64,000 bases of DNA from Vicugna vicugna (GCA_013265495.1 MU058636.1:2963967-3027966); one strand, 5' to 3'; positions 49,231-63,917 are shown, numbered from the stretch's first letter. Program-made: numbers and translations. The notes: generated by a model from the sequence alone, not told the origin.

Positions 49231-52200
49231 GAACTGTATTTACATATTGAAAACAACACAAACTAGACAAGAAGGCTTTTTGACTTAGGCTCCAAAAGGA
49301 CCATATCATTAAAGACAGAAATCTGAGCAATATTTCAATATATCTGATACAACTTGTATTTTTTAAAACTGATTATTTGTAGTATACAATTTATTACACT
49401 AAATTCGTCAGAGAAAAATGAAATATCTCCCTTGTGATAAAACAAAGCTGTAACACGTATCAGGACTAAACTTGTATTTATTATTTATAACTGTACTATG
49501 TCATTTTATAAGTAATTATGGTTCTGGGGTAACTAATCAAATCGCTCAGGCAGCCATTCTGCAAAAGTTTATTGGCAGGTCTAACTTTAAAATCTTCAAA
49601 GTAAAGTAAGAGATTGTACTACTATTGCTTTGCAGATATTCAAATTCACCTGGAATTTAAAGACCCTGTCCTTTCCAAAAAAACATGCTAACTTCTTTGG
49701 TTGAATTTTCTACCATTTTCTACTGTGTATCCTTTATTCACTGAATGTGTATTGTACAGATAGCAAAGTTTTAGTATGCTGTTAGTTGTCTTATATTTAA
49801 ACAAAACCTTTTAGTTGTTTTATATTTCTCTAGTACAAAGCCATAATAAAAACTTTGATTTCTTTAAACTTACTTTCTGTTTACAGTATTGTTTACTGAC
49901 TTTGTAAAGTAATACATATTCTGAATTTTCTGTTTACACATAAATTCCCAAAATAGAATCATCAACAATGGCTCTCAAGGAATTTAGATGAAATTAAGTG
50001 TTTTATACGTAGTTGCCAGGTGATGCAACGGATCTTCTAAAGCCCTCTGTTAAATTACTTAAATTAGAAGATGTAGGTTTCTGCTCTCATTCAAGACCGT
50101 TGAGAAATACTGTAGACGTTCTTAATTTTGATATAATTAACAATACAATCACTGGAATATTTTGTCTTAGTTGAATATATCCAGCAAACAAAGTAGCTTA
50201 TAAACTGGCAGAGACTGAACTCAGTAAGTCAATGACCCTCACACAAATGTGATTTCTTGAGTCCTTTTGTAAGATCACAAAGAGTTTAAGCATTCCTGCA
50301 AATCTCAAATGTAAATAACTCTAGCTCCTTCTTTGATTCTACTGAAACAAAGTACTCTGATTTAGGTGGTTTTTGTTTTGCTTTAATTTTAGGAGAATTA
50401 CCAAATTAAAATTAGCAAACTGTTTCTAGTCACTGGCATTCCATATCAGACTCCACAGAATCCCCAGAAAGAAGACTCCATTTTAAAAGGCAAGAATGGT
50501 ACAGATACAATGTATTTAAAAGAAGCCTATTCTTTGGAAAAACCCAAAGACTTATATGTTTTCTTATGAGTGAATGTAAACTGCCTACATATAGTTAACT
50601 TTCATCTTTAAGACCTCCCCAAATCAGAACATTTCAAACGCACACACATACACATATTTACATATATCACACACAGAAAAAGTCTAGAGGGTAGAGAACA
50701 AAAACATTAACAGAATTTATACTAAGTAACAGAATTTCATAAATGATATTACTTTCTTCAAACTGTTTTCAATTTTACACATTTTGCAGTAATCCTATTG
50801 CTTTTCTAATCAGTTACAAAAGTAGAATGAAACAACAATAAAACAATGAAGCTTAGACTTTTGAAAGTAAATACATAAAATAGATTATGGCCAAGAAAGA
50901 GCAAATGAGACAAGCCGGATAAACACCTGCCTTCAGAAAATACTGGTCAAGGATACTGAAACATCACAGAAAGGATAAAGGTCTTACTGTGGAAGATAAT
51001 TTAATTTCATTTATTGCTGAGTGGTAATCACATTCATCTATTTAATAATGCACAATTACAATTACCTTTCCCTCTAAATAGTTTTTTTTAATATTTAAAT
51101 GCTAAGACTAATAAAACAAGAGTGGTCAAATTAGGAAACTTACACCTCAGCTAAAATGAATACTCTATGACCACATACGTACTGACCATGTTTTCAGACA
51201 GAGTAGAAATGGTACTGCTGCTCCTGCCTCTGTACTATCTGATGTACCCACTCCGGGACATCTCCACTGTGTACTTTCGATTGTCTTTGGTGTACTTCTC
51301 AGGTAACTATAACTTACATAAGTTACTCAAGTCATCTGGAAAACAGCAAAACAACTTCAGAGTAGACCGTCCTCCCTTTTATCTGACTGAGATGGCTGCT
51401 TGAACTATTCCAGGAAGACTGTGCCTGTACAGCTAGTGGTTCTAATTGAGAAACGAGATTTCACATATAATTCATGTGTTGGCATAGTTTGAAAATAAAA
51501 ATATAATAATAAGCTTACATCTGCACTCTGCACTATAAACAACCTAAGAGTGAACCCATTTCTACTTCAGAATCAAGATATTTAGGGAAGTGTTTTCCCA
51601 GATTTTAATTTTTCTTGGCTGCCCATCCTAAGTCCCAAAGGAGTAAGGCAAACAGCACTCTGGGAAATGAAAAAGCCATTTGCCTGCTTCCTATGCCAGC
51701 TGGGAGTCTGACAGCACCTCTGAGAGGCTAGATGTCCCAATTTTTTAGTAAGATTGTCCTTCTCTAGGTATAAAGAATTTAATAAGAAACAACATCTCTT
51801 AGTAAATCCTGCATCAAAGCGTGAACTGAATGGTTGCTGCTGAACCGACAACCCTACTACTAGGTAACAGAGAAATTCACCTGTGCAGGATTAAAAAGGA
51901 TCAATTTCAGAGCAGAAAGCAAGTATTATTAATGCTTGTCCAGATTACAGATAATACCAAAGCAAAACGTTTTGACAAAAAGAAAGAGTAGAGAAAAGAC
52001 AGACACAGAAACTGAAAAACAGTAATGACTTCAGAAAAAGGGGGACACTGAATTCTTCCATGCCTATAGCACTTCAGTACAGAAGAAAACTTTGTGAATT
52101 GTAACAAAAGCACTGTTTTGACCACATTGGAATACTTGACAATGAGTTAAGACCCATACAACCTTCACCAAGATACACAAAATGGACTTTAATTGGTCCT

Positions 52201-52714
52201 TATCCAATTCCCCTGCATCTCTGCTGTCGCACACGGCTACCCTTCCTTGGGTTTCTCCTTGCATGACTTTCACGACAGTCAAATTTTAAAAGCACATTTT
52301 CCCTATAACTCTGTTCCTTTGCTCACTTTTAAAATTCTCCTATCTGTAAACAGAATCATTGTACTTTTGGGATGTCCCCTGTCTCAGTGAATTCACAAAA
52401 CCTCATATTGGTATTATTTTTCTTCAATTTAATGCCCACACTAATTCACATAGTTAGCCTTCTCTTCTTTCTGAGGGCTAATTCCACATTCTTACTGGGG
52501 TTAAAGAGAGGTCAAAGATGACTTTCAGGTACCTACACTATTTGCTCTTTTTAAGAAAATTCCGTTGGTTTGATTGCATGTCTTTCTATGTCCTGCAGAC
52601 TAACATCCAAAAAGAAAGGCTGATGACAGTATACATAGTGACAGTAGCAAAAAAAAAAAAAAAAAAGAATTAGAGATCTCTGTAGTCCAGTGAAAGAAAT
52701 ATGTAAACTATATA

Positions 52715-52910
52715 AGTGCACTGTCCAATGTATTAGCCATTAGTCACATGTAACAATATGCATTTAAATTAATTAAATAAAATTTAAAATTCCATTTCTC
52801 CGTCACACAAGCTACTCTGCAAGTGCTCAATAGCCACATGTAGCTAGGGGTGACATTACTGGGCAGCACAGATAAGCAGACCACTGCAGAAAGTTCTACT
52901 GGACAAAGCT
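52715..52910. mobile_element. MER3 (hAT-Charlie)
   Basis: 'ctgtccaat...tagccattagtcacatg...caagtgctcaatagccacatgtagctag...gaaagttctactggaca'. Confidence 0.8.
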
Positions 52911-54134
52911 GCAATGCTAACACAACATCCATCGAGCATTCTCTATATAACAGGCACTGTGCAGGGAACAAGGGGACAGAGAGATGAGTAGGATAAGATC
53001 TCTCCCTGCCCTCAAAGAGCACACAGTCTGTCTAGAGGATGAGATAAATGAAAAATAGTTACAAGTGCTGCAGCAGAGGTAATAACATTTATGACAGTAA
53101 TTGGCCCAGCTCTGAATTCCAGCCCAATTAGCTAGGATTCCAATCCTTTCACCTAGCTTTTCTGTGGAGTAGGCCTCGTTCATCTGCTGTCACGATGGTA
53201 CCACAAGTAATGCTGCGACTCAGGGTTACCTAGAAATCTCTGGGCTCATCAGCACCAGAGACACTGAGACCTAATGTTAGCTACGTCCCTCTGGACTTGG
53301 TGCTGCACACTGCTGGCAACCCCTGAAGGAAAAAGCTGTCCTGCCACTCTGGCTATTTTCCCATGGTCCCTCAGAGGAGACAGCTTTGCCTCAACTGTCA
53401 CTTTTGCTTTGGAGCTCCTAGCCCATGCTATACGTACAGTGATGGAGTGCCCGACCAAGGAATTAACCAAGGAACTAATACTGCAATTGGGAACAAGTCT
53501 CCAGCGCAAATGGAACAAGAAGGGAGGGGAGAGGTGCTTCTAAGAGGAAAGGAAAGGCTAAGCAAGGGTGAAAGAGAGAAGCATAAATGTTAACTGAAAG
53601 ATCTGTGGGCAAGTGGAGGGTTCATTACAACCCAAACACGGCACATACGAGGGGGCAGCAACGGGAGATGAGGCTGGATGCAAGTAAAACTGCTAAGAGC
53701 CCTGATGCCACCACTTAAGGAGCTGCATCTGGACTGGCCCTTAAGCGATAGCCAACCATGGTTAAGCAGAATAGTCAAACAATGAGATCTGTGTTTTCAA
53801 AAGACAAACCTGGGAAAGGAGTGAAAGATAAATGTTAGTAGATAAAGGGGAACAGTATCTGGATGAAGACCTGGTTGAAGGTAGCAGAGATGAAAAAGAG
53901 GAAACTGATTCAAGAGACATTAGAGAAAACTGATTGTCTCTGGCTATGGACAGGATCTATCTGGCACACTGGCTTCTAGTAAATGTTTTCTCCACAAATT
54001 AATGAGGAAGATAATGATCACTTATATCACACAGAAGAGCAGAAAACAAAAACTACGAGAAACACAAAAATTTAACGGAAGGACTGGCAGAAGACAGAGT
54101 GAGAGAAACTGAAAAGGAACAAAGAAATCAAGTG

Positions 54135-55120
54135 AGGCCATATTCCTTCTGCCTGGAATGTGATTCCCCAAGATAACTGGAAAGGCTTGCATTTCCTTCA
54201 GATCCTTGCACAGATGTCAACATCTTAGTGAGCTCTCCCCGATCTCACTATTTAAAACTGAACAACACAGGCATACTCTCTTGATACTGGAAAATGGGGA
54301 GTGAGAGGATGGCCATGTCCCAGGTCCCAGGAGAGTCCCTGGGATGTGCGCCATCAAGTGAGGGTCCTTGGCTTCGTGAAGGAAAGAATTCAAAAGCGAG
54401 CCATAGTGGAGTGAAAGTGATTTATTCAGAGAGATATATACTCCATAGACAGAATATGGGCAGTCTCAGAAGGCCAGAGAGGCCACAAGGCGTGGGGATG
54501 GGTATTTAGTTTAAAGTAAAAGTAGTTACACACTCCATAGACAGAGTGTGGGCCTTCTCAAAAGGGACGAGAAAAGGGCATGAGGTCCTGGATAGTTAAG
54601 TTTTTATAAGCTCAGTTATTTCATACGCTAACAAGTGAGGATTATTCCAACTACTTTGGGGAAGGGGCTGGGATTCTAAAGAACTGGGCCACTATCCATT
54701 TTTTTTACCTCTTATGGTTATCCTAGGAACTGTCATGGCGCCGTGGGAGTACTATTTAGTATGCTAACACATTACAATGAGCGAATAATGAAGCTCAAGG
54801 TCTACTGGAAGCTGAATCTTCTGCCATCTTGGTGTTAACTCCTGTGTCATTCTTTTAATGGTTGTGCCCTGCCCTCCTGCCTCCTGTCCCACTCTCAGCA
54901 TTCTCCAACCCACTTTCCTGCTTCATTTTTCTCTGTATTACTGACCAACCTCTAACTATTTATATATTTGTTGTGTTTAGAGTGCCTTCCTACTACTTAA
55001 AAGTAAGCTCTGATAAGGGAGGAATTTTATCTGTTTCATTCACCACGGTACACCATAGCCTAAAAACATGGCCTGAATAGCATGTGCTCACAAATACTTG
55101 CTGACTGATCAACTGAATGA
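54135..55120 (+). mobile_element. L2 3' end, split by the solo LTR
   Basis: 'ttccttctgcctggaatg...cagatgtcaacatcttagtgag' on the left. 'tgtaagctc'-like sequence and terminus 'gtgctcacaaatacttgctgactgat...tgaatga' on the right. Confidence 0.7.
54282..54891 (-). mobile_element. Intact solo LTR (class I/ERV1-like), nested in an L2
   Basis: TG...CA termini with a 4-bp TSD ctct (54278-54281 and 54892-54895). Minus-strand TATAAAA (54602-54608) lies upstream of AATAAA (54421-54426). It interrupts a + strand L2 (54135-55120). Confidence 0.8.
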
Positions 55121-55829
55121 TGCAAAGAAAGAAAAAAGGCAGGGTTATCATGCAGAAACTGATAAGTATGGAAATAAAGTCTCTAACTTGGAAAGTCTAT
55201 TGATTATACAGACTGCTGAAAGTAAAAATCTATGTAACAGTCCTCTAAATACAAAAGGCTCAAAACTGTTTTCTTCGAATATGTATTTTTATATATAATA
55301 TATTCAAGTTTTTGAAATTAATTGTAACATAGGCTTTCTATTTAGTCACAAAGTAATGAGAGAGTTTATAGCTTGAAAAATCACTCACAATACTTGAAAT
55401 CCACCACTTCAAGTACTTAGATTCTATTAATACTTTATCTACTTCCACTACAAATTTCTAATTTCCTTTCTGAAATTTTGGCTATTATTTTGGCTAAATG
55501 TTAAGTAAACACAAAAAGTTAAAGTCGAAATACCAGAATGTTAGTATAATCATAGTCATTAGCTTTAAGACATAGTGAAGAGGCTAGAACACTGAAAAGG
55601 TAAAGAATGGTCAAAAGTTGGAAATGCAAAAATGTCCAATATAAAAAAGCCCACCCTGCTGGCTGGCTTCAGGAAAATGAACAAATATCATTCTCACTTT
55701 CCTCCTCAATACACTGCAGCTAACAATAAGCACCTACCTACCTATTAAGCTTGTTCTGAGTTGTTTTTATTTTTTTTTTTGGAGGATTAAATCTGTTCCA
55801 AATAATTAGCTTGGCACAGTGCCTACAAC

Positions 55830-56690
55830 AGTAATTCACTCCCACAAATATTTTGAAGAATCTACCATACAAAAGGCATCATACCTATTGGCTATTGTGG
55901 CAAATGAAAGAGCTATACCTATACTCATAGAATCTATGACAACTAAAACAAATCTAAAGACAAATAAATGAATTACCAAGTGGGACAGGTGCTACAGAGG
56001 AAGCCTATGGGGTCCTGAATCAGAAAGCAAGGGAGTGAGGGAATTCAACTTCAGATGTGGGCAGGAAATGTGTCTCTGAGGACAGGGAAGCTAAGAAGGC
56101 ATTACCCATATACAGAGGGTACAGAAGTATACTGATAAGGATTTTGGGCAAAGGCACTGATATGTATAGAGGCTCATTCCAGGTGCAGGAAAGAGCTTGA
56201 GGCCTGTCTGAGGAACTGGGAGGACCCAGTGTAACTGAAACACAGTTATACCAAAGCCAAACAAGGTAAGATTATAGAGACAGGGAGAGACAGGGGATAC
56301 AGGGCTCTGAAAGGGCCAGGGTAAGAATTTGGGATTTTAGTCTATGGGAATTTATTCTTCAATGGAAAGCTGCTAAAGTCTGTTTTTTTCAGAAGGAAAG
56401 ATAATCCAATTTATGTCTCATAAAAATCACTCAAGCAATTTTGGAAAATGTATTATGGGGAATGTGAACGGAAGTAGAATAATCAGTTCCAAGACTAATG
56501 CCGTAGTCTAGGCATTAGAGACGAGACTTGTAATAGGGTGGCAGCACAGAGATGACGAGAAGTTGATAGATTCCAGATATAGTTTGAAACTGATTGGATT
56601 TGGGGGATGAGGGAAAGGAGGAAATTAAGGATGACTCCTAGATGTCTGACTTAAGCAACTGCTTGGCTAATGGTGCCATGGTAAGTAACA
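55830..56690 (-). mobile_element. L2 LINE fragment
   Basis: Reverse L2 phrases 'gaatttgggattttagtct', 'aaggatgactccctagatgtctgacttaagcaact' and 'atggtgccat'. Confidence 0.7.
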
Positions 56691-56759
56691 TAGTTAAGTG
56701 TTTAATTTTAGCTATTCTTAGCTACTAATAGGATAGAGGAGAAAGAGAGGAAAACTGGT

Positions 56760-59700
56760 GATCCTATAGCTAAATATCAAAAACAAACAAACAAATGAAA
56801 GAAAAAAAACTGAGGCATAAATAGAAACAGCAGTTAGGTCAAGCTATAAGGGAACAGCATATCAGACCAAATCTCCCAATGAAAACAACTACAAAAGTGA
56901 GATAAAATACCAGACAAACCGAGCTTATCTGAAGGCATAGAGAGAACCAGCAAAGAGAGTCAGGACATCAGGGGCCTTCAAGGGAGCCACAAAGAAGACC
57001 CTCGTTTCCCCTCGATGCTTTTGCCAATTACCCGTACAGGGCATACAGGCCAAACAGAAAGCAGCATTCTGGAGCTTCTTTCAGTCTCACTTGGATGGGA
57101 AGACAAAAATTGGAATTCTATACTGCCAAAGTAGCCAGGGATTGAGGATCCCAGAACAAAAGGAAGCACAAAAAGCAAGCTCATCATTCTGCTCAATTTT
57201 TGCCCTCCAAGAATGTGCTGAATTGTAAACAATATGGACTGAAATGCAGGAAAATGCAGCAAAAACATGTTGCGAAGAGGCTACAAAGCTAAGCAGAGCT
57301 TTCATCACCCTCAGAATACTTAAAATCCAGGGCTTGCTAAGGAATAGGCATCTTGGTAAATACTCCAAACTTTTAAATGAGATCTCAGAAGGGCTATGCA
57401 CTAGGAGGCTACTTGAATTTCCTGATTACTCTGAATTCAGGCCTATGTCTTATTAATCACTGATGAATCAAAGTGATCAATGTTTTTCTGACTTCCTGCC
57501 AGACAATATTAATAATATTTTTCTATCTGGAGAAAGATAACATCGTTCAGATCCTCCATAATTTTCTATCACAACATTAATAAAACATGACCAGGCATAC
57601 TAGGAAAAAGGATCAAATGATCAAAAACTAGACAACAGAAATAGGCTAACAGGTGAAACAGGCATTAGAGTTATCAGACAGAAACACTACAACAGCATTT
57701 ATGTACACACAAAAAAACAGATGAAAACAATGTGAGAACTTGAATCTGTATAAATTTTAGGACTGAAATTAAGAATTCAATAATGGGGTATAACCAAATA
57801 TTGGTTACAGAAGATGTAAGTGAACTTGAAGATAGTTCAGGAAAAATATCCAAGGAGATTTACAGAAGGGGGGAAAAAGAATGAAAACTGTGAAATGACC
57901 TAACATACATATATTCATAATCCCAAAAAGAAATGAGAAAATTGGATAGAAACAACATTTAAAGAATACCAGCTTAGAAAATTCCCAAAGTGACAAAGAT
58001 AGCAAGCTATAGATAGACTCAAGACACTCTACAAACTTCATGCAGAATGAATACAATAAAAGCCATCCATAAGCACATAATAATAAAATTACTAAAAACC
58101 AAAGACAAAGATAAAATCACTAAAAACAGCCAGAGAAAAATACATTAACTTCAAAGCAAAAACAGTAAGACCAAAAGCTGACTTAACAAAAACAGTGGGA
58201 GTCAGAAGTTAGAAAAGAACTTAAAGGTGCTGAAAGAAGAGGCCCTTTAAAATGAAGGTAAATAAATACATTTCCAGGCAAACAAAACCAGAATTATTAC
58301 TAGAAGACCTGCATTAAAAGTAATATTCAAGGGAGTTCCTTAGATAAAAGGAAAATTACCCAGAAGCAAATGCAGCAAAACAGGAAGAAATGAAGACTTC
58401 TAGAAAGGGTAAGTGTGAAAACAAACTGAAATGAGTAATCGCTATTTCAACAACATTACTACTACTGCTGCTACTACCACTACTACTACCACCACTACTA
58501 CCACTACTACTATTATTATTATTATCTTAACAACAACAATAATGGCATCTCTGAGGTTTTAAATAAAGCAAAGGGTGGAAGAGAGGTAAATAGGACTAAA
58601 GTATTAAAAGGTCTTTCCATTTTCCCAGAAGTAACTTATGATAGACTCAAATAAGGTCAAAGATGTATACTGTAATCCCTAGGCTATCCAGTAAAGAGAT
58701 AATAAAAGACTTTATAACAAATAAGCAAACAGGGAGATATGGAATAAAATAAATGTTTAATTAATCCAAAAAAAAGCAAGAAACGAGGGGGGAAGTTATA
58801 AAGGACCGATGGTACCAGCAGAAAACAAATAATAAAGTGGTCAATTTAAACCCAAATAATGTAGTAGAGCAATTACATTAAATGCAAAACAACAAAGATT
58901 ATCAGATTTAGTAAAAAACAAAAGTCAACTGTATGATGCTTAAAGAGATTCATCTTAAGTATAAGGACAAAGGCTTTAAGGAAGTGGATGGAAAAACAAA
59001 CTACCAAAAAAGTACTATATGATACCCAAAAAATAGACTTTGTGGTAAAAATTATTACTAGAGATAATGACGATAAAAGGATCAATCCAACAGGAAGAGA
59101 CAATTGTAAATGTATTTGCAACCAATAACTTGACCTCAAAATACATAAGGCAAAATTTGAGAGAATTAAAAAAAAAATACAGAGGACTCCTCTCACAGTT
59201 GGAGATTTTAACACACTTCTCTCAATGGAGTGATAAAAAGAGAAAAAGGTTGGTAGTGATATAGGGGATCTGAACATGATTAATAAACTTGATTCACATG
59301 ATATTAAGCATACCACATTCAATTTTCTAAAACTGACCATAAAGCAAGTGTCAATAAATTATCCACAATTGAAATCATAGAATGAACGATCCTAGATATA
59401 CAGTAGTATTAAAGTAGATATAAGAATATAGCTAGAAAATCCTCATATGTTCAGACATTATATAGTATATTTCTAAATAACCCATGAAGCAGAGAAGAAA
59501 CCACAATGGATATTTTAAAACATTTCTAATTGAGTAATAAAAATATATCAGACTTTTGAGATCCAGCTAATGTTGCATTTATAGGGAAATTTCATAGACT
59601 TAAAGGCATACGTTAAAAAAAAAAAGATTTATCATTACCGATTTGAGAATCCATCTCAAGAAACTTGGAAAAGAACAGCAGATTAATTTTTTTTTATAGA

Positions 59701-60290
59701 AGGAAAGAAATAAAGGTAAAAGCAGAGCCTAACAGAAAATCAAGAATTTTTAAAATTTGAATTGGCTCTTTGATAATCGTTGGAGATCAAGAAGAAGCAT
59801 AAATTACCAATAAGCAGATTTAAAAACCACATATCACTACAGATACTGCAAACACCAAAAAGACAAGAAAAGGATATTGTTAAAAAAAAAAAAATTAAGC
59901 CAAATTGGAAAATTTAGATAAAACCCCTTGAAAAGCAAAACCTGTCAAAATTGACAGAGAAGTAATAGAAAGTGTGAATAGTCCTATCCGTGTTGAAGAA
60001 ACAATCAATAATTTCCACAAGAAAAATCCAATGGCTTCACTAGTGAATTCTTCTAAACATTTATGGATGAAAATAATCAGTCTTCACAAACTGTTCCAGG
60101 GAATAAAATACATTCCCTAGGTCATTGTATGAAGTCAGCATAACCTTGATCCCTAAATCTGTCAAAAACTTTACAAGAAATTTAAAATTACTAGTCAATC
60201 TTTTTCATGAACAAAAATGCAAACACTATAAATGAATATATTCTAGCATATTAAGAGGATAATGCAGATGAAAAAGTTAGGTTTATCCAG
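56760..60290 (+). mobile_element. Old degenerate L1M element (5' region, ORF1 and ORF2 endonuclease remnants), antisense to UBL3
   Basis: Very A-rich. ORF 59067..59264 IKGSIQQEETIVNVFATNN resembles L1 ORF2 endonuclease KGSIQQEELTILNIYAPN. Later 'tgaagtcagcataaccttgatccctaaa' is ORF2-like. Many frameshifts. Confidence 0.85.
58455..58525. repeat. Compound trinucleotide microsatellite (ACT/GCT/ACC/ATT)n
   Basis: attactactactgctgctactaccactactactaccaccactactaccactactactattattattattat seen directly. Confidence 0.9.
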
Positions 60291-61246
60291 AAATTCAAGT
60301 ATGCTTTAAAACTGGTAAAAATGTATCCCTCCCCCTCCATGCAATTTTTAACATATATCTAACACACAGCAACCACATTCCTAAGAATTTTATCCTAAGA
60401 AAATAATCAGACAAGGCACAGAGATATGTTCTAAGATACACATTACACCATTGTTTATAACAGCTTGTAAATATCCATGAATATGGAACTAGCTAAACAA
60501 TTTATGTACATCTATCAGAATCAGTTCACACTCATTTTATATGAAAGTAAAGAAAATTAAACATATATGATGAAAAAATATTTTGTCTAGACCCAGTGAA
60601 CTGCCATCTCGCTTTATGTTGATAAACAAGATATAATGCCTAACAAGACAATTTTCTTCAGCACTGAAAGAACATTTTCTCCTCAAAATCTAGTCACAGA
60701 AAATTGCTCACATATGTATTTGATTTAGATCATAAAAAAAATGCTACTAGATCTGAATCAGTCAACAGAGACTCTGCATCATACATAAGCAGTTATAGTA
60801 CAAAGACAAAAACAAAATACCCTAAAAGGATTAAATCAATCTACGTGTTACATATATAAAGCAATAATAGTTTCTGTATTCAAAGTGGTAAATTTATAGG
60901 AAAAAATTCCATTGCATAATTTATATACAAGAGGACTCAAAGCTCCAACAAGTTTAAAGAAAACTCCCTTTAACTTTAATTTAATCCACCCGCATTAAAA
61001 TCATTCAATCCAGAAGTTAAATAGTATTTTGCAAAGATACCTGGAGCAAAGTGTTGGGAAGGAACCTGAGGCATTTTGCTTATGAAAGAGCACCTGAGGG
61101 AGCCAGCTGTCTGCTCAGGTTAGGTGGGGGAGAGGGCTTAGTACGCTTATCACTGTTACCACGAGATCCAAATTCCTATTCCAGCTCTCCATTTTCCTAG
61201 CTATATGACCCCAGACAAGTTCCCTCACCCTCCCTGAACCTAGAGT

Positions 61247-61676
61247 TGTGAGAAAGTGAAAGTCAGCTCTGTTGACAACCACACTGTGGTATCTCTAAAA
61301 CACAGAGGGACAAGGCCAACAGAAGACCAACTGGTAATAAACTTTCTCCCAGGGCCACATAACAGCTCCAAAGTGCCTAACAATTTTCTCCAGCCCCCTT
61401 CCTCTCTCCTGCCTCCTAAAGACAGCTGAGAGATCCAATTACTAACCCACTTCCACTTCATGTACACAGAATTCAATCCAGAGACAGCCTCCACTCCCCC
61501 CAGCTCTCATTAGATTCATTCAGCAGTGCAAATCCCACCAAAAACTTCTCCCGTTTCCTCTTCCTGAGACTCGGCATGGTCACTCAGGTGAGGGCTCTTT
61601 GCTGTAGCAAGTCAATGAATCTGACTTTTTCACTACAGTTGTACTCCTGGTGGTCTTCACCTGGTGGGCAGCAGCA
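61247..61676 (+). mobile_element. Old LTR (ERVL-like) inserted into a MIR (MIR halves ~61130-61246 and ~61677-61800)
   Basis: The MIR core is broken at 'cctagagt|...|gtttcttt' by a TG...CA bounded ~430-bp segment with an LTR-like 3' end. No exact TSD. Confidence 0.55.
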
Positions 61677-63339
61677 GTTTCTTTTTCTATATACCAACCT
61701 GTTTATCCAGCATCACTGTGAGGATTAAACCAATTATTATCCTGTAAAATGCCAAGCATCTGCCTAGTAAATAGCTAGTACACAACAAATATTATTAGCA
61801 TCTCTCCCCTGTAAGCTCAAAATAAGGCTACACGTGTAATTTTATTTTTTCAATCATCTACCTAGTTCATCACTGCCAAGAATCCCCATCTCTGCAAAAC
61901 ACAGCTAAGAGCCACAGAATAAGCCTCTCAAGCAAAAAGAACTCCAAGCAACCAAAACAGACATGAGCAAATCCTTGAAATGAAGATCATACACTTCACT
62001 ATAAGAACGCCTGAAAATCCTATTCAGACACCATTTGTTCATTTTTAACACACTTTATCCTAATAAACTTTAAAAATCTGATTACCACAGCCACAGCAAA
62101 TTAGAACCAGCAACTGTAAAGAGTTAGAGAGGGATAGGTAGGCATACCAACCACAGAAAAACAGAAGTGCTGAACAAGGCAGGAGACAGAAAAACTAAAA
62201 ATATCAAACAACAGAACTTACAATGCTCAAAAATCTGAAGTCATCTTGTGCACAGCTTCTAAAAGTTTTTCACTGAACATCCCAACTATAAAATAGTTCA
62301 GCATTTACCTCCAATACATGCATATTCCTTTATTAATCACATATTTTAAGTATGTTATAAAACATTTACCAAAACAGAATTAAAAGGTTAAAACATTGTT
62401 TTAATTTTAATTATTAACTATTTTAAACATTAATTTATTTTAATCTTGCAATCACTAAAAATACTATTACTGTTAACATATTAAGTGAGAGCAAATGTAT
62501 TTTGACACTTGATTTTAAGAGCTGTCACAAGTCATAACTGAAAAACCTAGCTCACAAAGATGCACAGATCCATACAGAAGAATGTCACTTACTTATTTAC
62601 TAATCACTTTTCTGTTCTATCACCAAATATGAACAAGTTTTATTTGTTGAAAGTCAATTACCTGATGTCAATGTTACTACAATTTTATTTTACCTGATGT
62701 CAATCATATATTTTTGCAAAGTGAGGAAAATGTGTTGTTTTTTATTTTTCTAATAAATGGGTCTAAAGGCCACTTAAATTCTCCGTGAGGAAGATTTTTC
62801 AACAGACTGGAAAAATCTAAACATGTTTTCAAAATATTCTCTCCATAAAATTTCTTCTGAAAAGCAGGTATTTTTTTCAGTTATTGGTTAAAATGTCAAT
62901 TTTGCCTTAATGAACAACTTACTGTTTGTTTTCTCAAAAATACCTGCTAGGTAGCGTACTACTGACAGCTCCTTGTCATCATGAAGACCAGAATCTAGAA
63001 GGTTCACCTTTTGTAAAATAAAAATGTGTAACTCAGCTAAGTTCTACAAATCTTTTAAGTGCTTTGACAGTGAACCTCTGCTCCCCATTTCCACACAAAG
63101 TATCATAGATTCTCTTATAAAAGTATTTTAAAAAGTAACTATGTGATATACTGTAACAGAAAAACCACAAAAACTTTGAGAAGCTCACGGTGCTGCTGTT
63201 GGCCTCTACGTTACAGAATTCCTACACCCTCCCTCAGCAAATCTGAACGTGGACCTAATGTGGGCTTTTCTTAGCCCAGAAGCTTTTCCAGAGCCAACCC
63301 ATATATTAATACAAAAACTCAGTTCCTCCTCCTTTTTGG

Positions 63340-63555
63340 AGCACAAAATAAACACCTAGAAGTTCTAGTATTTTTTACTGTCACATCTTGATTGTCTTCC
63401 CCCATCTCGCTTTGTAAACTACTGAACTAGTAGTGAAGGGGCACAAAGCGTCACAATCTCTATTAGATGCTGAGGATATAATAGTTGTAGTTGAAAGAAT
63501 TATGGCACTACGCTACACAGTGAAGTACTCAACGAACTTCACTGAACTGAATCAG
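63340..63555 (+). mobile_element. L2 3' end
   Basis: 'tgtaaactactgaa...tggcact...acagtgaagtactcaacgaacttcactgaactgaat'. Confidence 0.5.
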
Positions 63556-63880
63556 TATTATGCAAATGATGGCTCTAAGTCACCAAAAATAAGTTAAATT
63601 ATACATAGCATATTACACATAAGGAGGACAGAAATCCAAAATAGATTGGGATATTTCCAAAACGAACCTTCATGTATTCAGAAAATTCACTGATTCAGAA
63701 TAATTTATTACCCAGGGTTTCCAGTTACCATGAATTCTACAGTCACTTTTCAATTTTTTCCCCCAGAATGAGAGGAATTCTCAAAGAGCACATTTAAGAA
63801 TGTACTTCAGTCTCCTAAAACATATTTACTGTTCCATGTTATGAAAACTAATAGAGCCATCAGCACTTTATCCACTAATT

Positions 63881-63917
63881 TAAAATAACTTCACACTAAA
63901 ATAACTTAACACTAAAA
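63881..63917. repeat. Short 16-bp tandem repeat
   Basis: taaaataacttcacac / taaaataacttaacac / taaaa. Confidence 0.75.

Noticed and set aside
58873..59340. 155-aa hydrophobic minus-strand ORF resembling a membrane protein
   Set aside because: It is the antisense reading of A-rich L1 ORF2 remnants. T-rich codons create the hydrophobicity.
62658..62704. 15-bp direct repeat ttacctgatgtcaat with a spacer (CRISPR-like or TSD-like)
   Set aside because: Only two copies in a eukaryotic intron, so most likely a local duplication. No array or recognisable insert.
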